A stretch of 63,683 bases of DNA, counting the filler, from Reticulomyxa filosa (lineage: Eukaryota; Protista; Foraminifera), in assembly GCA_000512085.1 (NCBI GenBank). It is 27 parts of 27 records of this genome, joined end to end, with 100 filler letters (N's around TTAATTAATTAA, not from the genome) between each part and the next. Parts side by side here need not be neighbours in the genome. Positions count along the whole stretch, not along the records: positions 51,167 to 53,463 come from ASPP01012823.1; positions 53,564 to 55,961 come from ASPP01018820.1; positions 56,062 to 59,106 come from ASPP01008058.1; positions 59,207 to 62,011 come from ASPP01009414.1; positions 62,112 to 63,683 come from ASPP01013021.1; 22 more parts are not named here. One strand, 5' to 3'. A program made the position numbers and the translations under genes. Every line of letters starts with the position of its first letter. The stretch's first letter is position 1. Shown in pieces: positions 51,167 to 63,683 of the stretch. The notes under the pieces were generated by a model, which ran no database searches, was not told the DNA's origin, and saw nothing but the letters and a program-made list of their open reading frames with translations.

Positions 51167-51560
51167 TCTGGAGGGGTCCTCGTGTACAACAATGCGCAAA
51201 AATGATTGAAAAAGTCGCACAAAATCACCAAAAAAAACAAAGCGCTTTTGGTGATACTAATATACACCACACTGGAAATTAGCAATAGTATCCAACAACA
51301 AGCCACAAACAACAGTTTATTAAAGCTTGAAAAACGCTTCAGATACACCTTTCGAGTATCTGGTTGAAGATGAAGCAAATACAATGCTGCAACTGTCATT
51401 GTCAGAGACCAAGCTATTTCTGTATAATATACCCATAACATATTGCAATCTTCATTCAATGCAAATGTCGTACACTCTTTTTTTTTCATAAATTTTCTCG
51501 CTATCCCAAATCCTAATTGCCCCACCACAAATAGTTCCACTGGCGCCAATATATGCCATC
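51167..51560 (-). CDS. Multi-pass membrane protein exon (partial)
   Basis: Open frame with 3-4 hydrophobic segments. Confidence 0.5.
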
Positions 51561-52371
51561 TTTCTTTGCCATTGATTGCTTGTTTTTTTTTTTTTAAGCT
51601 ATGATTTTCTCTTTTTTTTTTTTTTTTTTAAGACTAAAAAAAAAATAGAGTGGGTGGTCAAATATTAATTTTTCACATTCTCTCACAGCTATATTCGCTG
51701 AATATGAAGATTCGGAAGTTTTCAGTTCTTTGTTTGTTTTTTTGGTATGTTTTTCTAATATAAATGCACATATACACATATATTTATATTTTTTATCGTT
51801 GTGTTACACTTTCAGGTTACCGATCTCGTTGCTTTGTACTGAGCGACTCTCTATTTTTTGGTTATGTGATGTCTTTGCTTGATTAAACCATAGCCAAATA
51901 AAATTATTTCAAAAAAGTCTACCGTTTGATTCTTCCAATAATGTAGCAGTCATTATATGGCACAGCAATCTTTTAATTTAAAAAATTTTCCATGTAGACG
52001 GACCTTTTCGTTCTCTTCGTTTTGGCTGTTAATTTGCTGACAAGCCATACATGATTACCTTGTTGACTATTGCTAAGATGTTTTGAAGTAATTGATATTT
52101 CTGCACGCCATTTCATAAAAAAGATTCTCGTGGATGAAATTCGTCAACATAATACAAAGATAAAATATGAGCTGAATAAAAAAACTTTGAACAAACATTT
52201 GTGTTTGGTTAGCACAATGAATTTGCCCGCCTTTATTTTGCTAATTTTAAGAAATTGACCAACTTTTAGTACTTAAAAAAAAATTTTCGGAGACACAATA
52301 CAACTTCTTATCTAAAAAAAAGTTAATATTGTTTATCAATTATATATTTTTTGTTTTTTTTATACTCTTCC

Positions 52372-52798
52372 TCAACTACTTTGAGGTGGTTTTAGTTTGT
52401 ACAATGACTTGAAAATAATTTCTCTTTGACCTTGGGTATATTTTTTTGAGACCCATGTTTGTTGCTTGCAGTCAATATAATTTGTGTCAGGAATGAGCTT
52501 GATAATTACATCTTCATTATTACTTGTGAGTGCATAAATATCTTTTTGAAAAGTTTCGAATCGAAACACCCACTGATCCAATCTCAACTTGAGAACAGCT
52601 TTTGTCCTCCTTTAATACTTTTGCCACCTCTGTCCGCAAATTTTTCAATTGCGCCGTTATATGTTCCGTATTTTTGTCGGCACCAAATGGCTTCACGTCA
52701 CGAACAAATTCGATCAGTTCCTTGCTCATACCACAAACTCTACTTTCGTGTGTCGTCAGTAAATCACTCATTTTGACTGCTGTTGTGTCGGCGGCCAT
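52372..52798 (-). CDS. Small hypothetical protein with an apparent frameshift near 52590
   Basis: Two overlapping protein-like ORFs (52520..52798 and 52372..52587) in adjacent frames. Confidence 0.4.
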
Positions 52799-53007
52799 AT
52801 TTTCAACACAATTTATTTAAATTATCGAAGAATTCTACGTCTGAACGTCTAAAAAAATCCCTTGCTTCACGTTGTCTTGATGCAATGGTAAAGCATTTTT
52901 CGTTTTTAAGTTCGACAAGAGTTCCGAAATTTTATTTAAACATTTCCAGGTCTTAAACCAAGAAATTGGAAGCAAGCCAGAAAAAAACCCCCTTAAAATT
53001 GATCATA

Positions 53008-53463
53008 ATGGAAATTCGTTCCCCTTCGATTTGGGACAATATTCGTCTTAAATTTCAAGAGAATCGGCCACGAACTAGCGTGCTTATTGGCTGGGGTAAG
53101 TCATTTCTTATTTTTTTAAAACTCAGCAGGGTCCTTGTAAACGAGTATAGACCCAAGTGAAAAGTACTTTGTTTGATGTGGTTGGATTGGCAACCTCCTG
53201 AATTGAACATAAACTGTGTGGAATAGCTCTGGGCACAACTGTGGTATCAGCAGGTTTGATAGCATATTACCGTCATAAGCGTAACATATGGGCAGAAAAA
53301 AACTTGGAATACACGCCGTATTTCAGTGACGACTATTTGCGAGCCCGCGAAGGGTTTCGAGCGGCAGTGAAGCAATTGATTCCGTCAACAATAATAGACA
53401 CCCACCTGACAGCCTACGTGTTACCGAGACAGCCTCTGTTAAGTAGTTGCATTGCAAAAAGGG
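53008..53463 (+). CDS. Membrane-anchored DUF2817 / M14-carboxypeptidase-like protein, N-terminus (intron 53096-53226)
   Basis: In-frame splicing gives the TM segment SVLIGWALGTTVVSAGLIAYY. It is followed by YFSDDYLRAREGFRAAV, which resembles the FS.DY..AR..F..A start of DUF2817 proteins. Confidence 0.55.
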
Positions 53464-54275
53464 NNNNNNNNNNNNNNNNNNNNNNNNNNNNNNNNNNNNN
53501 NNNNNNNTTAATTAATTAANNNNNNNNNNNNNNNNNNNNNNNNNNNNNNNNNNNNNNNNNNNNGTTCAGCCATGTGTGATAAGGGCTTGCCCTACAGTCA
53601 GTTAAAAGAGTAAATAATGTGAATCTTTTTTTGAAAGTACAGTTTAAAATAATATCAACAATACTTAAAGTTAAGATCTTCAAATAATTTTAGCATTTTA
53701 TTTCAAAGTTTGTTTCTTGGAATGCAATCAAACATTTTCAATCTTTTACCGTTTGCTTTGCGTGACAATGGCAAAGCAAACACCAGGACAACACATTGGA
53801 AAAAACCACACAATTGTCAACAAATTTGAGCTTTTTTCGAACACTTAAAAAACAAAAACAAAGCGATCGCGTCCTTTTACTTTAGATAGCAAAAACAAAA
53901 ACAAAACAAAAAAACAGACACAATACAACCCAAAATTAAAAAACAAATAAAAGACATAAAGAAACTGTCCAGTGAGATTGAATGCAACCTTTCCTAAATA
54001 ACTGATTCTTTCATTGATTATTACTCGGCATTGAGCATTTCTCATCGGCTGTGAATTAACCATAGGGCAAAGGAAAGAGGCGCACAAAAAAAGAAACAAG
54101 AGAAAAAAAAACTATTGAGAGACACAGAGGGAAGAGAAAAGCCCTCTCTTAACTACAATTAAGAAAGAAAAAACAGAGAATCAGCAACACACAAACAAAA
54201 ATAAAAACAGCAAAAGCGAACCAAACCAAAAAACAAGCCAAAAAAACGAAAAAAAAAACAGCATCTTTTGAAAGA

Positions 54276-55918
54276 TCAACAAAACCCAGCATCTTCCAAA
54301 TGTTGCATGGTCCTTGCAGTGGCTTCTTGTTCTTTGGTTAATTTGGGATAAATCTTTAATGACAGTTCCGCCAGCGAGTCGATGCTTTCATGAAGGGCAA
54401 TGCTCATGCGAATAGAAGTTTGGATTTCGAGGTCGGCTTCGATAAGATGGGAATATAACTTCGACCTTTGTTGCATTTCATAAAACCTGCGAATCAAGCG
54501 ACAGTTTTTTTCAAGCATCTTTAAATCCACCTCCCGTTCTTTTGTTTCTGCATTTTTCGGTGTCAAATTGGTTTGAATTACAAATAAATCCTTCACAAGT
54601 ACCGGCATAAAAGGTAGACATGGTTCAATGCTATTTCGATGTGCAAAAAAAAAAAAAAAAAAAAAACAACAAAAAACAATCACGCGTTTTTTTTTTTTTT
54701 TTTTCATGCTAACTTTCGTATGTATACGTATGCAGGGGTCTATTATTTTGTTTCAAAAAAAAAAAAAAAAAGGTTGAAATTCAACTTCTCATTTTCAAAC
54801 CAGTTTTCCATCAGTTGCCGATACGTTTGATAATTTTTTGGGAGCTGAGCAGATTGGCAAGTGTGTCATGATAGGCCTTAATCTTTGGATTTGCAAATAC
54901 GACTTGCTTCACTCGCTTAAGTCGGTCGATGGGTGCCAAAGAAATGCCAGCAAAAATAGAAGTAGCACTGTGGACATTGTTGCGCTGAAGACAGCGATTG
55001 GCAACCGAATAAAAGTATGCGAAAGTGGAAACGCGCCTGTTTGCGTCGGATTCTTGTAAAATGACAGTGGCAACCCAAAGCGACAAGCGATTGACATGGT
55101 CGATCATATACAGCAAATTGGGAGCATCGAGCTTGGCCGTTTCCAGTTTTTGCAGCAAAGAAGATTGCAACTGATTTTCCATTGGTACATTGCTGCTGAT
55201 GTCGGCATCTGATATTTGCAATGACGCGTCCAACGAAGACATATTGGCGCTCATGCTGTGTTCCGGCGAATAGCTCTCCGATGGAGAAAACGGGCATGTC
55301 ATTGAGGACAAGCGAGGAGTTCCACTGTCCTCGTCCGGAAACATGTTACTATCCACATGTTCGCAATTTTGCCACGCACAGTTTGTCAATTCTGTATTTT
55401 ATTATTTATTTTTTTTTTTGGTTTATTTTTATTTATTTATTTATTTATTATTATTATTGTTATCAAACATGTGAGAAACACACACCTCGGATTTCAATTT
55501 TTTGATAAATTTGTGTTTCAATTAGTGTCAATTGGTCGGCCAACAACTCGGGCTGGATTTTCAGCAAATCGCAACCATGGTCCAACTGCAGGTGCTGCAA
55601 GACCATTTCCTTGGGTGGGAAAAAACTATCGGTGAAGCGATATTGCGTGACGTATTTGTCCGCGTTGCTTACCTTCGGATTGACCCTCAAATTGCTTATC
55701 GAACTCGTCAGCAACAGGTTGTCCTTCATTTTTGGTTTTTTGTTGCTGGTTAAGTGCAACAGACGGTCCCATTGTCTTGTCAACGTCTTCACCGACTTGG
55801 TGCTTTCTCTCGTCTCGTCAATGAACCTGCAAAGTTTGTCTAATAATGTTGTGTCAGCAAAATCTTCGGGGTAGTAATTGATCCAATGATATAGCAGTTC
55901 TGTTTGATTTTGTAGCAT
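54276..55918 (-). CDS. RasGEF (REM and CDC25 domains), C-terminal exons
   Basis: HWINYYPEDF (REM), LADQLTLIE, NRLSLWVATVIL, NNVHSATSIFAGI..APIDRLK, PCLPFMPVLVKDL and LSLKIYP. Confidence 0.93.
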
Positions 55919-55920
55919 TT

Positions 55921-55961
<41 letters not shown>

Positions 55962-56061
55962 NNNNNNNNNNNNNNNNNNNNNNNNNNNNNNNNNNNNNNN
56001 NNNNNTTAATTAATTAANNNNNNNNNNNNNNNNNNNNNNNNNNNNNNNNNNNNNNNNNNNN

Positions 56062-58950
56062 AATAATTAACTAGTTCAATGAAGACAAGCATTTTGATTG
56101 CGCAATGTCCTAAAATGAACAGAAACTTTGCCAGCTTATGTACTTTATACAATAACACTTTGTTTGCATTGAGATTATCGTCATCGCCTTGATTATCGTT
56201 CAGAGGTTGGTTAGGGAATAGCTTCAAAGTAACAAACTGGATAATATCTTTTAAAAACATGTCCGGTCGTTTGTGCAATTTAAATATTAGGTTAAGAGTC
56301 TCTTGGGCCATTGCAAACCAATGCTGGGACTGAATGAACCCACCTAGTAGTATGTATTCTGCTTTGCTCCAAATTTTCAGTTCCAATGTCTCACTGAGAC
56401 CTGGGATGACTCCATCTGTCAAAGCAAACATCACAATTTATTTCAAAATCACGACATTAAAAGGGTGTATTGCATATACCTGAGCCTCTGCTAAGTGTTT
56501 GCAAAATCATGCAAGCGGATCTTGCCATTCCAGGGTCACCCTGTTAAAATAAATCCAAAAGAAATAATTTTTTTTTTTGTTTTTTTTTTTAATCCTTTTA
56601 TTTTAGTTTGGGTTACCTCAGCAATATCTCCAAAGCCAATTTCAACAACACGCTCGATTTTGACTGACAAAATGTCTCTGTTTGCGACAGCGGCCATTCT
56701 CAACAAATCCAAAGCACCACGCCTTTGAGCCGTGGTGACATCTTGCAACTTTCCTTCAAAAATCCCCCAAAGTGCAGCGAAAACTGGCGCAGGAATGTCA
56801 ATATTTGCCATTTTTTCTTCTTTTTTGGTGACCACGAGCAAACGGATCAACTCTTCAATACACGTAATGTCCGCCAGAGTTGCATTATTGGTCAATTTTA
56901 CCAACTTTGCGGCAATTGATAAGGCTTGTCGTGCTTGCTCTACTTCATTTTCAGCCTGAGTGACTCCATTGTAAATATATTTGTAATGATAAGCGCCGAT
57001 AACAGCATTGACAATAGCGGGATTATCTTTGTTCCACACCAGAGGCAGCATTTTCTTGAACCCAATGTGTTCGTTTGCAATTTTAAATACGCAAGCAACC
57101 TTGAAAAATTCAACACATTCCAATACGTCGGACTGCGTGCGACTAGACAACAACTGAGCCATCGTTTCTGCACATGCAGATATATGTTTAGTAAAGGCTG
57201 TCAGCATATTCAAACCCATTAGTTGTTTTCGCTTTCCTTTCAATGTCTTTTTTTTATTATTGTTTGTTTGTTTGTTGTTTGCAATGCTGTTCGATTACAT
57301 AACAAGAACATTTTGTACGACAAATACCTACCTCAAAGGATGCAAGATGAGTGATGGCTTGTTCCAAATTGTTTTCATCTTCTTCATTACGTTCATTTTC
57401 AGAATTAAGTTCTTCACTTTCATTTTCCACTCTTTCTTTTTCATCTTCTACATTGTCTTCGTGACTTTTTTCTACATTTGCCATTTCCTCATCACCATCT
57501 TCATCTGGAGAGCTTGAATTACGTTTGGCTCGCTTCTTTCCTTTCTTCGGACTTGGATCATCCTTATTTTCTCCAATAAATTCAATCCCTTGCTTCTTTA
57601 ACACCGATGAGCTGTTTTCAGTTCTGCCTCGGACAAGCTCCGCTCAATTTGCTAAATAAAAGAAATACATTTTTGACACCATTGCAAAGAAACAACTTTT
57701 TCCAATTCAAAAATGGTCATTGTGTTCTTCCTCTTATTTAAAATAAAATAAAAAAAAAGAGGTGAGTTGCTATGAAGATAGATAGCCACGGCAACATACA
57801 TCAATTTCTTTTTTCAATAAAAGCATGTCAGCTTCACATTTATCATGAGATAGTTCCACTGTAGGTCCCCACGGATTTTGTCTCACAATCATAGTAAGCA
57901 GACCTATTGCTTGCCGTCTCACTAATGACGATTTGTCCAGCAATCGCTTTGCTGTACGAGGGATTAGTTCAGTGCACAGCCGCATGACAGGAACCAGTCG
58001 ATCTCTTCCATTAAAAAAAAAAATACAAGTTAAAAGAGAAAACAATACAGGAAATATATGCTCGGTTTAATAATTTACTGAACTCGACTAAAGGAAACCA
58101 AACCTGCAATACTTTGGAACGGGTATAGCTGCTTACATCTAGCATTCTTGATTCCAACAAATCCAGCAAATCATTACGAGTTTTCACACGCTGTTCTTCA
58201 CCCATACGAGCAACGGTTTCTGACTCATCATTTTTTTTTTCGTCGTTATTGTGTTGATCTTTGGTTACATATCGAATGAGTGTTCCCAACAGCGAAACAA
58301 TGCCATTTCTCATTGAGTACGATTCGTGGTCGAGATGGTTAATAACTAAACTGATTTTCGCTAACACCGCTTGAGGACACCTCTCCCCCAATTCGGCCAA
58401 AAACAGTGACAGGGTACGTGACCCTTTCGTGTCACGACTCAAATCTTTTCCTTGCAAATTGCCAATTTCACTGCACTCAAACCAATACGTAAAACCAATT
58501 TTTATTTTTATTAAAAAAAATTTTTACATCGGAGATGAAAACAACAAACAACAACAAAAAAAAAAACATGGTTGTCTAACTAAACAATAGTACTTCGTGT
58601 ATCAACGAGGAACAATTATGTTTGTTAACAATCGTGCCAACACAATCTGCCACAACAGTTGCCAATTTGGCTTCGTTTGTCCATTGACTGGTTTGAACCA
58701 TTCGAACCAATTGACTGGCTGCGCTTACATTGCACGGATACCTTGACAAAACATAGCCCATGATTGCAAACAAGCTCTCTGCAATAGCTTTGCTGTTGCT
58801 GCCACTGTGATTCTCTTGATTCTCCAAGGCACTCACAGCTGTGTTAAAAAACAAATTCCCAAAGTGCTCTTCACAAGTGTTCATCTCCCACAATTTCACC
58901 AGTTCTTGATGGCCCAGCACATCTGCCAATGTGGCGAACACTTGCTCTTT
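56062..58950 (-). CDS. NCAPD2: Condensin I subunit CND1/NCAPD2 (HEAT repeats), multi-exon, partial
   Basis: LDHESYSMRNG, RMLDVSSYTRSKVLQVW, RLLDKSSLVRRQAI, LLSSRTQSDVLECVEFF, KKMLPLVW and FLFILGHCAIKMLVFIE. Confidence 0.92.
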
Positions 58951-59319
58951 TCCTAAGTACCAATCATACGAATCTTCATTGCCAATTTCACTCGTCTGAC
59001 GTTTGTTCTTCGCTCCCTTTTTCTTTTTATTTCATATCATCGCACACCCAACCAAAAAAAAAGAAGTCAAATGTCAAACAAATCAATTGTAAACAAAGAA
59101 CTAAAANNNNNNNNNNNNNNNNNNNNNNNNNNNNNNNNNNNNNNNNNNNNTTAATTAATTAANNNNNNNNNNNNNNNNNNNNNNNNNNNNNNNNNNNNNN
59201 NNNNNNTTTTTTTTTAAAAAAAAAAAAAAGATAACAATATAATGAATATATACATATAACATATATGCATATATATTTATTATATTATTATCATTATTAA
59301 TGGAATAGACACTCGTATG

Positions 59320-61890
59320 AAGCAAAGGACTTCCCAAAAGAAGAAGGGGCCCAATGGTTTTGTAAATTGGCCTAAAACCATATCCATTACGGGATCATAA
59401 CCCATTGTATACTGAATGGCAACGGCGCTGCGGGGCTCAGCTCGCCACAATCTATTGTATGAACTCGGACGTGTCTTGGGCGATCCTTTATTCACTGTTT
59501 CGAGGAAATCACAACGGGGACGTAAATGTTGTCAATAACGCCTTGCGTGCGTTGCTGCCTGCGTTGCGATACCCTTTGACGACGGCCGAAAGCAATCAAA
59601 TCAAATGGGAGAAGGGGCTACAATCATGGCTAGAAGAACCTTTGGGTAAGCAGAAGTACACGTACCAACAAGCATTGTTTTTTTCTTTGGACTCATTTCG
59701 CATCCGGATATCTTTTATGATCACTATGTCAAGATCATCAACGTGCTGGTGAAGTTGTTGACAGATCATTGGGAGGGCATCAAAAATCGAAATGACGTAA
59801 TTGGACGCATGATTGTGTTTGATATCTTTCGATTAACCAGTCGATGGATCAAAAAATACGATTTGCAAATGACCAACAATTCATCGTCCCTGGACCCAAA
59901 GACAGACAGGTCCCATCGAAGTAACAAGTGCATTTCCAATTGGTTTCATGGGGCTATTCGTTGTCTCTCCGAAACAAATACCACTAAATTCGACATCGTT
60001 CCTCAGTATTTAAACACATTGCTTATGGCCTCGGCCCTTCGAGCGACCGAAGAAGTCACAGATGCCTTTCGAATGTTCTCGGAACTGATTGAGGATAAAA
60101 GATCGTGTTCTCTTCGCCATGGTCAAGTGCGTGCCATGTTGGACAGATCGGTTATTTACAATAATGTCCCCTCGCAAATTACTCGAGACGAGCAATTCAT
60201 TAAAACCCATTACTTCCGTTCCATATGGCACATCTTTTTTTTGAACATTGTGTTGAAGCCAAGACCCTGCAGCTCGTTACAACGTTGGACGGAGCAATAC
60301 GCTCAACGTCAAAAAACCTGGAGTCAATCCACCGTAGTCGGCAATCTTACCAAAATTTTCTTACCGCTTGTCTTTTTCTACAATAAACATCCCAACCAAA
60401 TTACGAAAACGTCATCCCTGCTTTTACAATCGCAAACACAATATTTGGGTTTATTTGTGGGACTTATTGAAAGGGTAGGTTATTTTACTATATAAATGTA
60501 TATACATATATATATATATATATATACGTACTTATGTGTGTGTGTAAATAATAATTGCTGTTCTCAGTTGCGACAACATAACAATGGCGAACAAACCATG
60601 CATCAATTAAGTTTGGAATTAATTGGGGAAATTAAGCCGCAATATGCTGCTGTCTGTGCAGCTCAGACTCATCGTGGTGTCAACGACAAAGAAGTGGAAA
60701 TATTAAGTTCTTTTTTTTTAAATAAAAAAAAAACACGATGAAAGGACAAACAATAAATAATAAAAATAACAAAAAAAGGAAATCACATCTATTGCACGCT
60801 TTCATCATGGTCGATTTGGGAGCCTTTGCTAAGTAACAATCCATCGATTGATATAAGCTTTTTTGAAATAATGCTGACGCTATCATTGTCCATCCCAAAT
60901 TTAATTGAGATGAAAAAGGACAACAAAATTGCCAGTCCGTCGCTAAAGAAGTCAATGCTGATGTCAATGGTGGTCATTGTGCGTATACTGTTATCGAACG
61001 GACACATTTACAAAGACAAGCCTTTTTCAGACAAATTGGTTGAAAGGCTCTGCAGTGTCTCCAGATTGACGTTGCAGTTTTGGTTTTCAAATCATCGTGA
61101 ATGCAAACTTCCGTCTGTTTCCGCAGATATTTGCGTGCTTTTTGCTCGCCATTTATTGCTAAATGTTACGTTATTCTTTATTTTATTGTATTCTTTTTTT
61201 TTTTTTTTTTGCTTCCTCTTGTTTCTTTATGTAACCCGTACCTCACTCGAAATATCGACTTGAACAGAGAAATTGGAGCCAAGAGGATCGCATTAGTCTA
61301 TTGCAATCTGTACCGTATTTGCACGGCCGAGAATGGAGTGAGATATTGGATGTCACTTTTCAGAAAATGATGAACGAACCTACCAACGAGGATGTCCACT
61401 TCGTAAGCAAGATTATGTCTAATGTGCATTTCCCGTTGTGTTATCACACCAATCAGAACCAAAGTGCTGCCACGCGAACGACTCACATCTGTTTTCAGCT
61501 CCTCTTTCATCCGAATCCTGCTGTGCGGTCGCATTTCACACAAGCTCTGAAAAACACTTTGGAGGTGGCTTATATTTTCCCCCCTTTTTTTTACAAAAAC
61601 ATGCGATAAGACAAATACATGCATGTTAATGTGATGTGTTTGTTTGCTTGTTTGCTTGTATTGATATCAAAGAAGCACGAAAATTCTGAACAAAAGCCTC
61701 TGGAAAGTCTGAGAGCAAGATTTTGTGCAGTGTTTGGGGACGTAAATTGGTTGTTCACTCTCAACTGCCAAATTGATGTTTATTTCATCTCTTGCGGTGT
61801 GGATTTATTGCTTGACTTATTGGACATGCGCTCACCCCTGCGCTTCAGTGCGACTCATGCTGCACAAGTGCAACCCATTGCCTTCAATGG
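59320..61890 (+). CDS. Large multi-exon alpha-helical hypothetical protein (partial)
   Basis: A chain of higher-GC open frames (59405.., 59743.., 60568.., 60826.., 61267.., 61670..) separated by AT-rich GT..AG introns. No family recognised. Confidence 0.6.
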
Positions 61891-61949
61891 TATATACATA
61901 CCCAAAAACAGAGTGGGTCAAAACTTGACAATACTATATTATACGAACT

Positions 61950-61974
61950 AATAATAATGATAATAATAATAATA

Positions 61975-62011
<37 letters not shown>
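61950..62011. repeat. Inverted microsatellite (AAT)n-(ATT)n
   Basis: An ATAATA... run switches to TTATTA... at ~61975. Confidence 0.9.
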
Positions 62012-62111
62012 NNNNNNNNNNNNNNNNNNNNNNNNNNNNNNNNNNNNNNNNNNNNTTAATTAATTAANNNNNNNNNNNNNNNNNNNNNNNNNNNNNNNNN
62101 NNNNNNNNNNN

Positions 62112-62146
<35 letters not shown>

Positions 62147-62311
62147 ATTTTTTATATTAACCAAAAGCCAGAGAACACTCGATTCCCACAGATATCCAAA
62201 ACAATAGGGCAGGATCAACCTTCAATCTATTAAGAAAAATGCAATGTGCGCTTTTTCGATCAAACGGATAACGCTTCACAAAAGAAGAGAGGTATATGCA
62301 AGAAACATGCC

Positions 62312-62345
<34 letters not shown>

Positions 62346-62429
62346 TTGTTAATTAAAAAAAATATTTCCACTCGACTTGATGCAAATAGGAAACATGGCA
62401 CGCACGACGTATAAAACACATATGGAAAT

Positions 62430-62995
62430 GAATGCCCGCACACGCAGCCATCTTCCATTTCCCAACGTCTTGTGATAAAGTACGAAAAATGTCGATTCCA
62501 CTTGGTAGTGGACAGGGTCGATTATTGACTTCCAGTTTGCTTCGAAGCTATACTTGGCATAACAAATATCGAAATAACCCAGCCATGTTCGATACAACCC
62601 TAACACGTAACACACTGTCGTGCAAATGTAATACATCTGCGACTCCACTATCTCTAATATATTCATTTCTTCTTTTCTTCTCATGTTTGGCTGCTTTGCT
62701 TCTGACGCTGCCAACGATACTGACACTAAAAACAGAGACTGCTGCACTACTGCAAACAATAACAAAAATATTTGCAACACCAAACCAATGTCGCCATAGC
62801 GCTTTTGATACCATACTCTTTTTTTTATTTTAATAAAAATGAGTCAATCTTAAAATTTCTCCAATTGTACACAAGCCAAAGTAACTCTTGTTTATGTCGG
62901 GATAATGAATATATCCAATGGCTTGCACATATTCCCGCAGCAAAGAATATTGAAATGGAGACGGAGCATATCACCCATTCCATTGGTAAAGGCAT
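62430..62995 (-). CDS. N-terminal part of a multi-pass membrane protein (possible 7TM-RGS type), probable homopolymer frameshift ~62835
   Basis: TM1 VICSVSISIFFAAGICASHWIY, then QKRYG, TM2, and TM3 ending LYRTWLGYFDI...WKSIIDP...KTLGN. Confidence 0.5.
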
Positions 62996-63683
62996 TTTTT
63001 TAATATAACCGTTTTTTTCGAAGTTAGTTTTTACAAAATTTTTTGAGCGCTCTTTTTTTTTTCCAAAGCTGCTTGCACGAGTGGGCGCAATGTGTAATGA
63101 CCAACTCAAATAGTTGATCAGCTATCATCACAAAGCTGATCCTCCCCGCTGCTGAATAAAAGTAAGTTAATCGTACCTGGTCCAATATAGGACACGGCAC
63201 TCAAAGAAAACGAAAAATGCAAAAAACAAGGTGGTTTCACAACAGAAACGTTTTTAACTAGTTTTTCAAAAAAAAAGATTTGATTTCACGAGTTTTTTCT
63301 TGAATGCCAATAGCATTTCACGTTTGCAGGTCACTCTGGTGCATGTGCACATTTGATTTTGTGAAAGTAATAATTTAATTACACTTTTCATGTGATCAGT
63401 CTGAATAAAAATGAAGCACTTTTGTCAGATCTTTGAAATATTTCATGATGTGTTTTTTGTGTACGCTTTGAAACTCGATCTGCTTTTTCATTAACTTGAA
63501 TACCTGAATGTCATTTGATCAAATAAATTTCAGTCACATTTTCAGCACAATAAGTGACATAATTTTTGACAATAGCTTACTTGAAATTTATACATTTCTG
63601 CGTCAAATTTATTCATGATCATTTACTGCAAATTTACACTATTCAAAATTATTGCTGTTCTTTCTTGTTTTTATAATACAGTA

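Noticed and set aside
1329-62111. Regularly recurring TTAATTAATTAA palindrome between N-runs, as a CRISPR-like or recombination-site array
   Set aside because: It is an identical 100-nt synthetic linker with six-frame stops. It also creates the false ...XXXLIN ORF ends in the ORF track.

Overview
This window is not one genomic locus. It is 27 short, unrelated contigs joined by 26 identical artificial 100-nt linkers (about N44-TTAATTAATTAA-N44), so adjacency across linkers means nothing. Almost all contigs come from a very AT-rich, intron-rich, homopolymer-rich eukaryote. The gene families (Kelch, WD40, ankyrin, PUB, TLDc, orphan 7TM proteins) and the many pseudogenes resemble the foraminiferan Reticulomyxa filosa, which is an inference. 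One contig (20056-21266) is a GC-rich bacterial dppC-dppD fragment. Recognisable, mostly partial genes: a ubiquitin-like domain fused to an unknown N-terminal domain, a GT49/LARGE-type glycosyltransferase, a protein kinase N-lobe, two related 7TM proteins plus a third type, Kelch, ankyrin, TLDc, a YHM2-like mitochondrial carrier, a trypsin-like protease, WD40, CUE/PUB, a tandem-SAM protein, a DUF2817-like protein, RasGEF and condensin CND1. Also present are TOP3B and Spg1/Tem1 pseudogenes and two decayed copies of one LINE family. The best leads are the unknown-domain/ubiquitin fusion, a ~125-bp tandem array of intron-exon-like cassettes leading into a 1-kb C/A-skewed tract, poly(U)/poly(A) intron architecture, decay by short internal deletions, and a kinase with a ~170-aa insert in its N-lobe. 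I could not demonstrate a complete new multi-gene system; the contigs are too short.
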